Source: an uncultured Desulfospira sp.
GTDB lineage: Bacteria; Desulfobacterota; Desulfobacteria; Desulfobacterales; Desulfobacteraceae
NCBI GenBank assembly: GCA_963663165.1
Contig: OY760175.1
Span: 3,776,001 to 3,840,000 of the forward strand
Length of the DNA stretch: 64,000 bases
Direction: 5' to 3'
Every line of letters begins with the position of its first letter. The stretch's first letter is position 1. This document shows positions 18,692-29,239 of this stretch, piece after piece. The notes beneath the pieces were generated by a model. That model did not search any database. It saw only the letters and a list, made by a program, of their open reading frames with translations, and was not told the DNA's origin. The position numbers were made by a program, and so were the translations under genes.

Positions 18692-19620
18692 GCCCCCTGA
18701 TTTCCATTGAGCATCTAAATGTAAATTATGGGGATGTCCCTGCCTTAAGGGACATCTGCCTGACGGTTCAGGATAATCAGATTATAGGGATTGTGGGAGA
18801 ATCCGGATGCGGCAAAAGCGCCATCATCTGTTCGGCCATGGGGATTTTAGGGAACGGCGGCCATGTTTCCGGCGGTGATATTTTGTACCGGGGCACCTCT
18901 CTTTTGTCACTTTCAGCAAAAAGATTTCGCCGACTGAGAGGCAAGGAAATTGCCCTGATTGCACAAAATCCCATAGCTGCTTTTCATCCCACCCGAAAAA
19001 TCGGCAGCCAGCTGCATGAACTTGTCCGCAGCCACAAAGGCCTCACCTGCACCGAAGCGGACCTGCGAATCCTTGAGCTGTTTAAGCAAATGAACCTTAA
19101 GGAAGGGAAACAGCTTTTAAACCGGTATGCCTTTGAGTTAAGCGGCGGAATGTGCCAGCGGGTTTCCATTGCCATGGCCATGGTTTTACGGCCGCAGCTG
19201 TTGTTTGCCGATGAGCCGACGAGCGCTCTGGACGTTATCACACAAGCACAGGTCGTCAAAGAGCTGATGAAAATAAGGGAAAATTTCGGAACATCCATTG
19301 TTATGGTATCTCATAATATGGGGGTGATCTCCCGCATGGCAGAAGAAATTGTTGTGATGTATGACGGTATTATTGTGGAACGTGGTAAAAAAACACATAT
19401 TCTCTGTCATCCATTTCATGTCTATACACAAAATCTGATCAAAGCGATTCCGCGACTTCATGCCCCTGCCGCCCATGGGGTGCAGACATTTGACAAAACC
19501 GGGATAGCCCCCGGGTGCCCCTTTGGAAACAGGTGCGCCAAACGCAGCAAAATTTGTATGGACCAAATGCCGCCGCTCAGGCATATCAAAAACAAACACT
19601 GGGTGAGATGCTGGAATTGA
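18688..19620 (+). CDS. ABC ATP-binding protein (DppD/OppD-like)
   Basis: GESGCGKS, LSGGMCQR, DEPTSALD, C-terminal GCPF..RC; ATGA overlap with the SBP stop. Confidence 0.92.
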   Translation: MSPLISIEHLNVNYGDVPALRDICLTVQDNQIIGIVGESGCGKSAIICSAMGILGNGGHVSGGDILYRGTSLLSLSAKRFRRLRGKEIALIAQNPIAAFHPTRKIGSQLHELVRSHKGLTCTEADLRILELFKQMNLKEGKQLLNRYAFELSGGMCQRVSIAMAMVLRPQLLFADEPTSALDVITQAQVVKELMKIRENFGTSIVMVSHNMGVISRMAEEIVVMYDGIIVERGKKTHILCHPFHVYTQNLIKAIPRLHAPAAHGVQTFDKTGIAPGCPFGNRCAKRSKICMDQMPPLRHIKNKHWVRCWN

Positions 19621-19638
19621 CATCCAAAAGGGAAAACC

Positions 19639-20397
19639 ATGAACCTGCTTGATATCCACAATCTGGATAAATGGTATTATTCTGTAAAAGAAGGCCAGAC
19701 CGTTCATGCGGTCGACCATGTGAGTTTTTCAATGGCCCAAGGGGAATTTTGCGCCCTTATCGGAGAAAGCGGTTGCGGGAAAAGTACGGTTGCAAAGCTT
19801 ATTACAGGACTTTTAACACCCGATGCCGGAGACATTCTGTTTGAAGGCAAATTGCTGACAGCGCCATACCCTAAAAGCATATATAAAAGGCTTCAAATGG
19901 TTTTTCAAGTGCCTTGGGATTCTTTTGATCCGCGCAAAACCATTGGCAACAGTTTAATTGCCATGCAACGCAATTTTGGATCATCAAAGCAGGACGCCAT
20001 AATGAAATCCGAACAGGCTCTTGAAAAAGTCGGTCTAGAAAAAAAAATAATGACCCGGTACCCGGGCCAGATCAGCGGCGGAGAATGCCAGAGGGCTGCC
20101 ATTGCCCGATCACTGACAATTTCGCCTAAATTAATCATCTGTGATGAGATAACAAGTGCCCTGGATGTCAGTGTGCAGGCCCAGATAGTGGAGTTGCTGC
20201 AAACCCTTAGGACCGAATTTGATTTGTCATTATTGTTTATCTCCCATGATCTGGCACTGGTACAGGGACTATGTGACAACATCATGGTGATGCGGGATGG
20301 CGTCATTGTTGAAAAAGCAGCAACCAAAGAACTGCTTGAAAACCCCCGGAATGATTATACCATTGAACTTTTTTCCTCAGCCTTTGACATATCTTGA
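19639..20397 (+). CDS. ABC ATP-binding protein (NikE/DppF-like)
   Basis: GESGCGKS, ISGGECQR, DEITSALD. Confidence 0.92.
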   Translation: MNLLDIHNLDKWYYSVKEGQTVHAVDHVSFSMAQGEFCALIGESGCGKSTVAKLITGLLTPDAGDILFEGKLLTAPYPKSIYKRLQMVFQVPWDSFDPRKTIGNSLIAMQRNFGSSKQDAIMKSEQALEKVGLEKKIMTRYPGQISGGECQRAAIARSLTISPKLIICDEITSALDVSVQAQIVELLQTLRTEFDLSLLFISHDLALVQGLCDNIMVMRDGVIVEKAATKELLENPRNDYTIELFSSAFDIS

Positions 20398-20667
20398 ATA
20401 GCCTGCCGGTTCAGTCAACAAACACCTTTGAACTTCCTTTGCAGCAAAAAATTGGCCATGGTGCCGGTTAGGCATATCAATTTGTCTTAGCCCCATAAAT
20501 GCCTATAGATTTTATAGAATGGATTTCTGATTTAGGATTTTTTTTTCAATAGATAAACATTTTAATATCGGCACCAAAAAGCCCAGGCCTTTGAAGCTCT
20601 AAAGCCGGACAAAATTGGCCTTAATTTCTAACCCGATAAAAGGCAGGAAAATACCTAAAAATCCTCT

Positions 20668-20822
20668 TGACAAGCCTATCTGGATACTATTAGATCGGGT
20701 GCTAATCGCCATCGCAGAAGCATGGTGAGTAAAAAGTTCAACCCATATTTAACTTAAAGGCCAAGAAGGCATTATTGACGGACACACCCGTGTCCTTTCA
20801 TGCCTCTTGGCCTTTTTTATTT
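20668..20822 (+). promoter_or_regulatory. promoter plus putative attenuator leader RNA (copy B)
   Basis: TTGACA; CGCCATCGC-AGAA-GCATGGTG; GCC-AAGAA-GGC overlapping terminator AAAGGCCAAGAAGGCAT...ATGCCTCTTGGCC-T6. Confidence 0.65.
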
Positions 20823-20849
20823 AGAGGAAAAGGAGAGGAAAAGGAAAAG

Positions 20850-22937
20850 ATGAAACGTGTATTGATTATGTTAAGTGTGCTGCTGCTGTTGATTCCTTCA
20901 TGGGGGTTCGCAGAAGAAACAGACAAGGCAAAAACCAACGCCGAAAATAATGATTCGTCTGTTATTCAATCAGGGACCGAAACCGAGGCAGAACGGGACA
21001 AGGTCTATATGAAAATAGGCGAAATTACGGTTACAGGGAAAGCAGATTACCTGACCACAGCCGATGCCCCGGCCTCGGTGGATGTCATTGGAGCCGATCA
21101 GATAGAGGCTGAAAATGTGGACTTCAGCATGGAACTGCTCAAAAAAGTACCGGGATTTTACTACGGGGACTGGAACCAGGGGGTGACCTCAGCCATGGCC
21201 TCTTTGCGGGGATTTGACAACAACCATGATTCACCCGTCAGCCTGATTGTGGACGGCATCCCCCACAACCCCGGCGGCAGCATGGATATCCAACCCTTTT
21301 TCCCCCTGGAAATCGAGCGGATTGAGGTGGTCAAGGGAACCAGCGATCCCCGTTACGGTTTGCTGAACATTGCCGGTAACATCAACCTGCACACCAAACA
21401 GGGGGGCAATTTCACCAAGGCCAAACTGTTGACCGGCAGTTATGAGACCTATGATGCCAGCCTGATCACAAGCCGGGAGGATGGCGGATTCAGCCAGACT
21501 TACTTTGTTGGGTATCGGGAAACCGAAGGATATCGGGACCACTCAGACGTTCAGAAAGGGGCCGCCTCGGGCAAATGGTTCTATACCAGTAAAGACCAGA
21601 ATTTTTCCATTGGCGCCATTGCAAGGGTTTTTAGCATGGATGCCAATGCACCGGGCTATATCAGTAAAGAAGACGCTGAAAACGATCCCACCAAAGTGGC
21701 GGAGTGGGCCTATTCCGACGGTGGGGAACGGGAGAACCAACACATCAGCACCCACCTTGACTATGCCTTTTCAGACCAGTTGACCTGGTCTTTTAAGACC
21801 TATTATCAGCACCGGGAAAACACCCGGTGGTGCCGGTGGAGTCTTGCGGGCAGCCAGCAGGAACGGTATGCCGACAATGACCAGTACGGGGCTATTTCCA
21901 CCCTCTCTTATGAACTTGTGGATACCTTTATCCCCAGACTCACCCTCAACTGGGGCATGGATTACCAGCACTCGGATGACATCTCCGCGACCTGGTACTC
22001 CGACGACCGGATCCGCCGGGCCGGCGATCCTAGAAATTATTACGACCAGACCTGGTATTACTGGGGCAGCTATGTCCAGGCGGATGGCGATATCAATGAC
22101 TGGCTCCGCTTGACCGCCGGTCTGCGCGTGGATAGTTTTGACGGGGAAATGACCAGCGGGATCACCGGGCTGACCACGGACATGGTGGATATGGATTATA
22201 TCTGGCAGCCCAAGGCCGGATTTATCATCACCCCTGTTGATGGTTACAACTTTTACGGCAACTATGGCCGGTCTTTTCAGACACCGGGCTCTCCGACCCT
22301 GTATGGACAGAGTACGGCAGGCACCGCCATTTCCAGCGATGTTACCTATTCCAAGAACGACGGATGGGAGCTGGGCATTAAAGCCTCTCCGAAGAACTGG
22401 TTAGCCTTCCGTTTAGACTACTGGCAGATGACCGCTTCCGACGAAGTCCGGGAAAAAGGCGACGGCTCACTGGATCTTATCAATGCCGGCAAAACCGAGC
22501 GCAAAGGATGGGACTTTTCCCTCAGTGTCCGTCCCCATAAATGGATTTCGGTGTGGGGTTCATACTCCATTGTTGATGCCACGTATACGGATCCCGGTCC
22601 CACCAATGCCGCCATTAAGGGCAATGAAATCGAGAACGTACCGGAATTCACCTCAAAGGTTGGCGTGGATTTTACCCACCCTTCAGGTTTCTTCTCCAAT
22701 TTCTGGCTGGAGATGCAGGGCGATTACTATGTTGACTCTGCCAATACGGTGGAAAAGGACGGGGGCTACAATATCCTTAACGGCTCTATCGGATTCAAGT
22801 GGAAAAAGGCCACCATCGGCATAGATGTCAAAAACGTATTTGATACCAATTACTGCTCCTTTGTCTGGTTTAACGAGAACGGATACAACCCCGGAGACGG
22901 TAGAAGCGCCTATTTGTGGGTATCTTTAGACTTTTAA
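20850..22937 (+). CDS. TonB-dependent receptor
   Basis: Signal peptide; plug (GEITVTG, SLRGF, LIVDGIP, IERIEVVKG); barrel ending in terminal Phe (VSLDF). Confidence 0.93.
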   Translation: MKRVLIMLSVLLLLIPSWGFAEETDKAKTNAENNDSSVIQSGTETEAERDKVYMKIGEITVTGKADYLTTADAPASVDVIGADQIEAENVDFSMELLKKVPGFYYGDWNQGVTSAMASLRGFDNNHDSPVSLIVDGIPHNPGGSMDIQPFFPLEIERIEVVKGTSDPRYGLLNIAGNINLHTKQGGNFTKAKLLTGSYETYDASLITSREDGGFSQTYFVGYRETEGYRDHSDVQKGAASGKWFYTSKDQNFSIGAIARVFSMDANAPGYISKEDAENDPTKVAEWAYSDGGERENQHISTHLDYAFSDQLTWSFKTYYQHRENTRWCRWSLAGSQQERYADNDQYGAISTLSYELVDTFIPRLTLNWGMDYQHSDDISATWYSDDRIRRAGDPRNYYDQTWYYWGSYVQADGDINDWLRLTAGLRVDSFDGEMTSGITGLTTDMVDMDYIWQPKAGFIITPVDGYNFYGNYGRSFQTPGSPTLYGQSTAGTAISSDVTYSKNDGWELGIKASPKNWLAFRLDYWQMTASDEVREKGDGSLDLINAGKTERKGWDFSLSVRPHKWISVWGSYSIVDATYTDPGPTNAAIKGNEIENVPEFTSKVGVDFTHPSGFFSNFWLEMQGDYYVDSANTVEKDGGYNILNGSIGFKWKKATIGIDVKNVFDTNYCSFVWFNENGYNPGDGRSAYLWVSLDF

Positions 22938-22956
22938 GGAATAAAAAGGAAAAATC

Positions 22957-23727
22957 ATGAGAACTAAAATAACGTTGTTTTTGTCTTTGATGCTGTTCGC
23001 ATTGGGTTCCCAGGCCTTTGGCCATGAACTCTGGGTCAATGCCCTGCCGCCGGAAAACGGACTGATCCGGGCGGATATCGGGTATGGGCATGACTTTCCC
23101 ACGGCCGAGACCATTGCTGATGACCGGTTGCACATATTCAAACCCCTGGTACTGGTAACCCCGGAAAAACAGATAGAGATGGTCCAGTCCGGAGAAAACT
23201 ATGCCTACCAGGTAAAAATGGACCTGAAAAAGGAAACCTGCATGGTTCTGGGATTCTACCGCCCGACCTTCTGGTCCAGAGGGGAGTCCGGCTGGGCACA
23301 GACAGACCGGATTCAGCGTCCGGATGCGGATTACGTTGAGGAGGCCGTAATGTACGGCAAAACCATTTTAAACATCAACGGGGCCGCTGACGATGCCCTG
23401 ATCAAAAAGCCTGTTGGAATGCGCCTTGAAATTGTCCCGCTGGTCAATCCCGCCACGGTAAAGGCGGGGGATAAATTTCCCATGCAGGTCCTGTGCGACG
23501 GAAAACCGGCCCGAGTGGTACGGGTCGTTGGATGTTTTGCCGGGTTCTCGGACAAAGGATATATGGCCTTCTCCGGAGAGACAGATGTCAAAGGCATGAT
23601 TGATTTTATCCCGCTTAAAGCCGGATACTGGATTGTTAAAACCAGAGAGACCCTAAAGAACAAGGACAAAACACGGGCAGACGAGGTGGTCTTGGCGTCC
23701 ACCCTGACCTTTACCATCCAGGAATAG
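22957..23727 (+). CDS. DUF4198 periplasmic protein (Ni/Co uptake-associated)
   Basis: Signal peptide then HELWV; GYGHDF; RLEIVPLVNP; C-terminal STLTF. Confidence 0.85.
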   Translation: MRTKITLFLSLMLFALGSQAFGHELWVNALPPENGLIRADIGYGHDFPTAETIADDRLHIFKPLVLVTPEKQIEMVQSGENYAYQVKMDLKKETCMVLGFYRPTFWSRGESGWAQTDRIQRPDADYVEEAVMYGKTILNINGAADDALIKKPVGMRLEIVPLVNPATVKAGDKFPMQVLCDGKPARVVRVVGCFAGFSDKGYMAFSGETDVKGMIDFIPLKAGYWIVKTRETLKNKDKTRADEVVLASTLTFTIQE

Positions 23728-23748
23728 AAAAGCTATACCCAAAGCCCT

Positions 23749-23779
23749 GCAAGGGAACAGCGAACCGCTGTTCCCTTGC
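23749..23779 (+). terminator. perfect 14-bp hairpin after the DUF4198 gene
   Basis: GCAAGGGAACAGCG-AAC-CGCTGTTCCCTTGC (no strong U-tract). Confidence 0.5.
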
Positions 23780-24024
23780 GGGAAGCCGGGCCCCATTCAA
23801 ACCAGACAACATGGTGCGATCCCGGCCAAATTTCGCGCCGATCAGGTAAACTTCAGTACCGGTGCCACGGTATTTATCGGCCCAGGCTTTTTGTTTGATC
23901 ATGGGTTAAGGCGGCTTGCGATATTTTTTCAATGTCCGCCACTTTGAAGTTAAGGCCCGAAGCCTGAAATAATCACCCCAAGGGTGGCCGCGGCCGGCCC
24001 AAACGGCCTATCCTGCATCAATCC

Positions 24025-25248
24025 TCAATCCTCTGAAACAAAATAATCACAATTAATGACTTGCACATCAGAACCCAGAGGCCAGGGGTTGGGGGATCTT
24101 GCAATAATATGCTTTTTCCCGGCTAAGGTGAGAACCCTGGTATTTTTTTCTTTCAGATCATCATAAACCGCATTCATGGTTTTGGCATCTTTATGATCCG
24201 GATTTGTTTTCCATTTTACTTCAAACAGATCCAGTTTTCCGCCTGATTCAACCAGAAAATCAACTTCTCTGGCCCTGTTGTCCCGGTAAAACCAGAGGTG
24301 CGCATTGATATTCTGGTTCCTGATCCATTTTCTAAACTCTGCAAAGATAAATGTTTCCCATATATTTCCCATAAAAGCAGATGTCTGCACACTTCTGGAA
24401 TCCAGACCAAGCAGAAAACAAAGCATGCCGACCTCGCTGAAATATAATTTGGGAGATTTCACCACCCGCTTCCCCGTGCTCCCGAAATACGGTTCAAGAA
24501 AAGATATCTGGTTGCATGCCTCCAGGACACTTAACCACTGGTTGATGGTGTTTAATGTGACACCAACATCTTTTGAAATATCGGTTTTATTTAACAACTG
24601 GCCGTTTCTGGAAGCACAAACCCGGATAAACCGTTCAAAATCCCTTAAATTACCGACATTTACTATTTGCCGGACATCCCTTTCCAGGTAGGTCGCAAGA
24701 TATGTTCTGTAATAATCATGGGCATCCATTTCGGGTTTTTGCCATAGCTCGGGCAGACTTCCCCGGATAAATCCATTGAACAACTGTGGTAAATCATGAT
24801 GGTTAAACCCGTTTGAAGATAGTTCGAAGATGCTCAAACCTTCCAGTTCCAGCCATACGGCACGCCCGGCCAGGCTGTCCGATACCTCTTTCATCAGGTT
24901 AAATTTCTGGGAACCTGTCAAGATATACTGACCTGGAATATCACGATTTTGGTCAACAACCCGTTTTAAATGCCTGAACAGGCCCGGTGCATATTGGGCT
25001 TCGTCAACAATAAGCGGCGAGGGGTTCTGGAAAAGAAACTGCTGGGGATCAACTTCGGCCTGCTCGGCCAGTGAGGGAAGATCGAGACTTATATAATTGA
25101 AATCCGGGAAAACGGTTTTTAAAAGCGTTGTTTTCCCGGTCTGCCTTGCACCGGTTAAAACGATTACCGAAAATTGTTTCGATAAATTTTGAATCTTTTC
25201 AGAAATTTTTCTATAATAATAGATACTTGACAATTTTATTAATCCCAC
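24025..25248 (-). CDS. AAA_14/DUF4143 ATPase (COG1373)
   Basis: LTGARQTGKTT, IVDEAQ, ILTGSQ, YLERDVR, KSPKLYF, EVDFLV..FEVK; start uncertain. Confidence 0.9.
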   Translation of the reverse strand: MGLIKLSSIYYYRKISEKIQNLSKQFSVIVLTGARQTGKTTLLKTVFPDFNYISLDLPSLAEQAEVDPQQFLFQNPSPLIVDEAQYAPGLFRHLKRVVDQNRDIPGQYILTGSQKFNLMKEVSDSLAGRAVWLELEGLSIFELSSNGFNHHDLPQLFNGFIRGSLPELWQKPEMDAHDYYRTYLATYLERDVRQIVNVGNLRDFERFIRVCASRNGQLLNKTDISKDVGVTLNTINQWLSVLEACNQISFLEPYFGSTGKRVVKSPKLYFSEVGMLCFLLGLDSRSVQTSAFMGNIWETFIFAEFRKWIRNQNINAHLWFYRDNRAREVDFLVESGGKLDLFEVKWKTNPDHKDAKTMNAVYDDLKEKNTRVLTLAGKKHIIARSPNPWPLGSDVQVINCDYFVSED

Positions 25249-25322
25249 TCTGATATTGTCAGTTTCTAATTATTTACAATAAAAGAAGTATATTGTCAAT
25301 TTTTTCCTATAGAAGCGGTGGA

Positions 25323-26687
25323 TTATCCCGGTTTAATTATTTTCCTGAACCGCATCCACCATAAAGACGGACGGCCCAGATTTTTTAGCGCCTCCCGGAC
25401 CTGCCGGACCTGGGCGCAGGAAAGCTTCCGGCCGCCATAGAGTTCAAGTTCAAACGCCTTAAGAATCAAGCGAATCTGGGGCTGCACTGGGGAAAAACAA
25501 AGGCAAAGCCGGGCCGCATATTCAGCCGGTGTTTCGCCGGTTCGCTGTTTTACCCCGCTTCTTTTTCCCCACAACACCAGGCCCTGGTATACCTGTCCTG
25601 CGGTCTGGATCTTTTTAAAAACGGTTGAAAACCAGTTTTTAATCCGCCTGAACCAAATGGCCGGACGCCAAAAAGAAAATGGAAAAAACCTTGGCCGGGA
25701 AGCTTTTTGAGATGGCTGCCGGGAAAAAAGGTATTGAACAGCCAAATACAGCAGCCAGCCCATTACCAGGATCAGCATAAGAATCAGAAGGCCTGCCAGG
25801 CCATATCCAACCAGGATTTCCAGCCACCCGGCTTCCCCGCCGTCCGTGATCGGGTTTACCCCCGAAGGGGGCCCATTCCCGGAAAGGGGTGCCCCCTTGG
25901 CTTGCATACCACGGGGTGCAAATAAGAATCTGAGGATGGCCACAAGGGGCGGCCCTAAAGGAGAAAGCCCCTGCTTTAAAAGGGTGTAGCCCGTACCGGC
26001 AAATGAAGCCATCAGCGGTCTGTACAGAAACACCAGGCCGGCCCCTGCGGCAAGGATAAGGACTATGGCCGTCAACAGGGGACCGACCAGTTGAAATCCA
26101 CTGGAGAATTCTTTTTTGGACCCCGAAGGGCTCCCCGCCAGGAACAAGGCCGTTGAACCGGAAAGGAAAAACAGGAAAATGGCGTTCAGGGTCAAGGGAG
26201 AAGGGAACACAGGGCCTGCCTTGATGTGAATCAGCAGCCGGATAAACAGCAACGCGAACAATAAAGAGAATCCGGCATCAAAATGGTTGCAGCAGGAATA
26301 ATAGGTCCATTTGCGCCGGCCAAGGCTTCTTCCCCTGATCCAGAACAGACCGGTTCCGGTAAAAAAGAGAACCGCCTCATACCACTGGATGGGTGTCTGG
26401 GGGTAAAACAGGAGATTTGCCGACCGGAAAACCGTCACACACATCAGGCCAAATCCTGACAAGTGGCCCAGCAGGGGCCATATTCGCCGCCCTCCCCTGG
26501 CTTTGAAGAAAAAGGTCACCAACACGGCCGCCCCGTAAGCTGCGATGAAGCTTTTTAACGGAACCCCCCGGCCGGTGGTTGCAACAACGATAAAGTGAAA
26601 CAGGGGACACAGCCAGCACAGATCCATGACAGCCCCGAGAAAAACAATGCGGCCGGAAGCCTGGGTGACATTTTCAGTTGAACTCAT
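25323..26687 (-). CDS. polytopic membrane protein with C-terminal DUF4129
   Basis: Multiple TMs; C-terminal GETPAEYAARL...FELELYG; downstream of DUF58. Confidence 0.8.
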   Translation of the reverse strand: MSSTENVTQASGRIVFLGAVMDLCWLCPLFHFIVVATTGRGVPLKSFIAAYGAAVLVTFFFKARGGRRIWPLLGHLSGFGLMCVTVFRSANLLFYPQTPIQWYEAVLFFTGTGLFWIRGRSLGRRKWTYYSCCNHFDAGFSLLFALLFIRLLIHIKAGPVFPSPLTLNAIFLFFLSGSTALFLAGSPSGSKKEFSSGFQLVGPLLTAIVLILAAGAGLVFLYRPLMASFAGTGYTLLKQGLSPLGPPLVAILRFLFAPRGMQAKGAPLSGNGPPSGVNPITDGGEAGWLEILVGYGLAGLLILMLILVMGWLLYLAVQYLFSRQPSQKASRPRFFPFSFWRPAIWFRRIKNWFSTVFKKIQTAGQVYQGLVLWGKRSGVKQRTGETPAEYAARLCLCFSPVQPQIRLILKAFELELYGGRKLSCAQVRQVREALKNLGRPSLWWMRFRKIIKPG

Positions 26688-26690
26688 TCT

Positions 26691-27875
26691 TTATACCCTA
26701 AGGCTGTCAAGGGTCCGGACCCGGCACGGTACGGCAGGGTCTTCCGGTCTTCCGCTTTCCAGGGTTGCCGCAATGAGCTGGAGCGGCATTCTTTTGGGCA
26801 GCAGGGCTTTTTGGAGTTTCAGATTGCCGGCATCCGGTTTATACACAAGCAAAAGGCAATTGGTCCCCCAAAGTCCCGTGGCATGCTGCTGTATGGTCTC
26901 GAAAAAAGGGGCTTTTGGGTTCATCTGCATCCTGGCAAGGACTTCAAGGATATCCGAAAGGTTCCGGCTGTTGTTCCCTAAGGGGATAAAGCCGGTGCCG
27001 TTACCGGTGATGCCGGCATTGGTCAGAAAACCGACGGCACTGCCTTTTTGCTCAAAACATACGGCCATACCGGCTGCCGCTTCAAGCATTTGTTCAAACA
27101 GTTCCGGCTGCCGGTCAGAACAGAACCCCTCAACGTCTATGCAGATCAGAATTTTTTCCTGGACAGACGGCTCACAGATTTTTTCCTGGAGCTTGCCCAT
27201 GCGGGCGCTGGCTTTCCACTGGATGTGCCGGGCCGGGGTTTCATACCGGTACTCCCGGGTCCCCAGGATATAGACCGGATCACGCACCGGGCTTTTTTCA
27301 CCGGGCATGCCGAAAAAATGCTGTTCCGGCATTGAAAAGGGGCGGATGGTTTTCAACTTAGGAAAAATCAGCACGGGTGTACCGTGGGAGCGTCTCTTTT
27401 TTTGGGGAAAAAAATTAAACAGATCCGATGCCGTGACATAGGGCGCCCCCATCTGCACGCACCCTCTTTTGCATGCGGTCAGTTCCCAGGTAAAGGTCGT
27501 TTTCTGATACCACAACAGGAAACCGGAAGTGGTGCCGGGCGAATTTTCGCTAAAGAAGGCATTATCAAAGAAAGGAAGGATTTCAACCCGGACCGGTAGC
27601 AGTTTTCCATTGGATAAGGTCATGGACAGCACCAGGGTTTCACCGGGAAAAACCTTGGTCCTGTCAATGGTAAATTCAATATCCAGATGTGAGAAGGCAT
27701 ACCGGCTCCAGATCCAGGCCGATCCCACCATGGCGAATAATAACACCAGAAGCAGTGTCATTTCGTCCTGATGATTCAATAAGGCGGCCACAAGGAAACA
27801 AAAGGCAATTAAAAGCACCAGGCGGGAGGTAAAAATGCTGGTCAGATGATATGGCGCCTGCCCGTCTTCGGCCAT
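26691..27875 (-). CDS. DUF58 protein
   Basis: GTREYRYETPARHIQWKASARMG motif; adjacent to MoxR. Confidence 0.88.
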   Translation of the reverse strand: MAEDGQAPYHLTSIFTSRLVLLIAFCFLVAALLNHQDEMTLLLVLLFAMVGSAWIWSRYAFSHLDIEFTIDRTKVFPGETLVLSMTLSNGKLLPVRVEILPFFDNAFFSENSPGTTSGFLLWYQKTTFTWELTACKRGCVQMGAPYVTASDLFNFFPQKKRRSHGTPVLIFPKLKTIRPFSMPEQHFFGMPGEKSPVRDPVYILGTREYRYETPARHIQWKASARMGKLQEKICEPSVQEKILICIDVEGFCSDRQPELFEQMLEAAAGMAVCFEQKGSAVGFLTNAGITGNGTGFIPLGNNSRNLSDILEVLARMQMNPKAPFFETIQQHATGLWGTNCLLLVYKPDAGNLKLQKALLPKRMPLQLIAATLESGRPEDPAVPCRVRTLDSLRV

Positions 27876-27883
27876 AACGGTTT

Positions 27884-28825
27884 TTACCCCGCCGCCCTGT
27901 CCGGTACAGGGGTCTGGTTAACGATACCCCATAGGATGTCCCGGGCCCGCTCCCCCCTGAGCCGTTCATTTTCATTGATAATCAGACGGTGGGACAGAAC
28001 CGGTTCTGCCAGGGCCTTGACATCGTCGGGAAGCACATAATCGCGGTTTTCCATGGCGGCCCGTGCCTGGGCGGCGCGCATCAATGCCATGGCCCCCCTG
28101 GGGCTGGCGCCGTAACGGATCTTGTCATGATGCCGGGTGGCCGCAACAAGGGTTGTGATATATTCCCGGACAGCCCCTGAGACGAGGATCTGCTTTCTGG
28201 CCTGCTGCATGGCCAAAATCTGTTCAGGTGACGCCACGGAGGATAATCCGGCAAGGGGATCATCAACCTGAAAGCGCTTTAAAATTTCCATTTCCTCTTC
28301 TTTTTTGGGATACCCCATGTCGACTTTAAGCAGAAAACGGTCCAGCTGGGCTTCAGGCAACGGGAAGGTGCCTTCCAGTTCAACGGGATTCTGGGTGGCG
28401 ATGACAAAAAAGGGGGCGGGCAAGGGGTAGGTTTGGCCGTCCACCGTCACCTGGCGTTCTTCCATGCTCTCAAGAAGGCTGGACTGTGTCCGGGGAATGG
28501 TGCGGTTGATTTCATCGGCCAGCAGGATGTTTGTCATTACAGGGCCTCGCTGAAATTGGAAACAGCCCTTGTGCTGGACGTAGATATTGTACCCGGTAAT
28601 ATCCGAGGGCAACAGATCCGGGGTGAACTGGACCCGCCGGTACTGCCCGTCGATGGATTTTGCCAGGGCCCTGGCCAGCATGGTCTTTCCCACCCCCGGA
28701 ACATCTTCGAGCAGCACATGGCCCTCAGCCAAAAGCCCCACGATCATCAGCCGGATGCAGGTCGTTTTGCCGACAATGACCCTGGAGATGTTATCTATTA
28801 TGTCGTTGCACAGGTCAAAATCCAA
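27884..28825 (-). CDS. MoxR-family AAA+ ATPase
   Basis: HVLLEDVPGVGKT, RVQFTPDLLPSDITG, LADEINR, TQNPVE.EGTFPLPEAQLDRF. Confidence 0.95.
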   Translation of the reverse strand: MDFDLCNDIIDNISRVIVGKTTCIRLMIVGLLAEGHVLLEDVPGVGKTMLARALAKSIDGQYRRVQFTPDLLPSDITGYNIYVQHKGCFQFQRGPVMTNILLADEINRTIPRTQSSLLESMEERQVTVDGQTYPLPAPFFVIATQNPVELEGTFPLPEAQLDRFLLKVDMGYPKKEEEMEILKRFQVDDPLAGLSSVASPEQILAMQQARKQILVSGAVREYITTLVAATRHHDKIRYGASPRGAMALMRAAQARAAMENRDYVLPDDVKALAEPVLSHRLIINENERLRGERARDILWGIVNQTPVPDRAAG

Positions 28826-29109
28826 AACAAAAGTTCCTTTACCAGATGGCTAAAAAAAAATGGTGCCGTCTTTCACAAGGCAGCATCCTATCCTCAATTG
28901 CCGGGCATTTCAATGGGATTCTTTGCGCCTGTTCAGGGCAATCCCAGCGCCGCCGGCATAAATTTTCAACGGCGTGACAAGCCGCCATGCCCACTGGTCA
29001 AGATATCCGGATGAACCGATAGGGTCGTTTGGGATACTCTCTCAACAGAAAACAAAGTACATCCTGAAAGACCGGCCGCACCATCAGATATGGATGAATT
29101 TATAATGTC

Positions 29110-29155
29110 ATAATCAAGGTTTGACCCCGAACGTCCGATGACCCCGAACGTCCGA
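29110..29155. repeat. TGACCCC-type element end with adjacent 17-bp tandem duplication
   Basis: ATAATCAAGGTTTGACCCC is identical to 37438-37456; TGACCCCGAACGTCCGA occurs twice. Confidence 0.75.
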
Positions 29156-29239
29156 AAATTTTCTTTTCATTTTCCCCAAAAAAATTTATCGTCAAATAAC
29201 GCTGAAAATTTGAGATTTATCCATAAAAGGAGGATCATC

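Noticed and set aside
20775..20849. Extended N-termini of the TBDR ORFs (20775; 37171) and other upstream starts in the ORF track
   Set aside because: They run through terminator/leader RNA; downstream ATGs have an RBS and signal peptides
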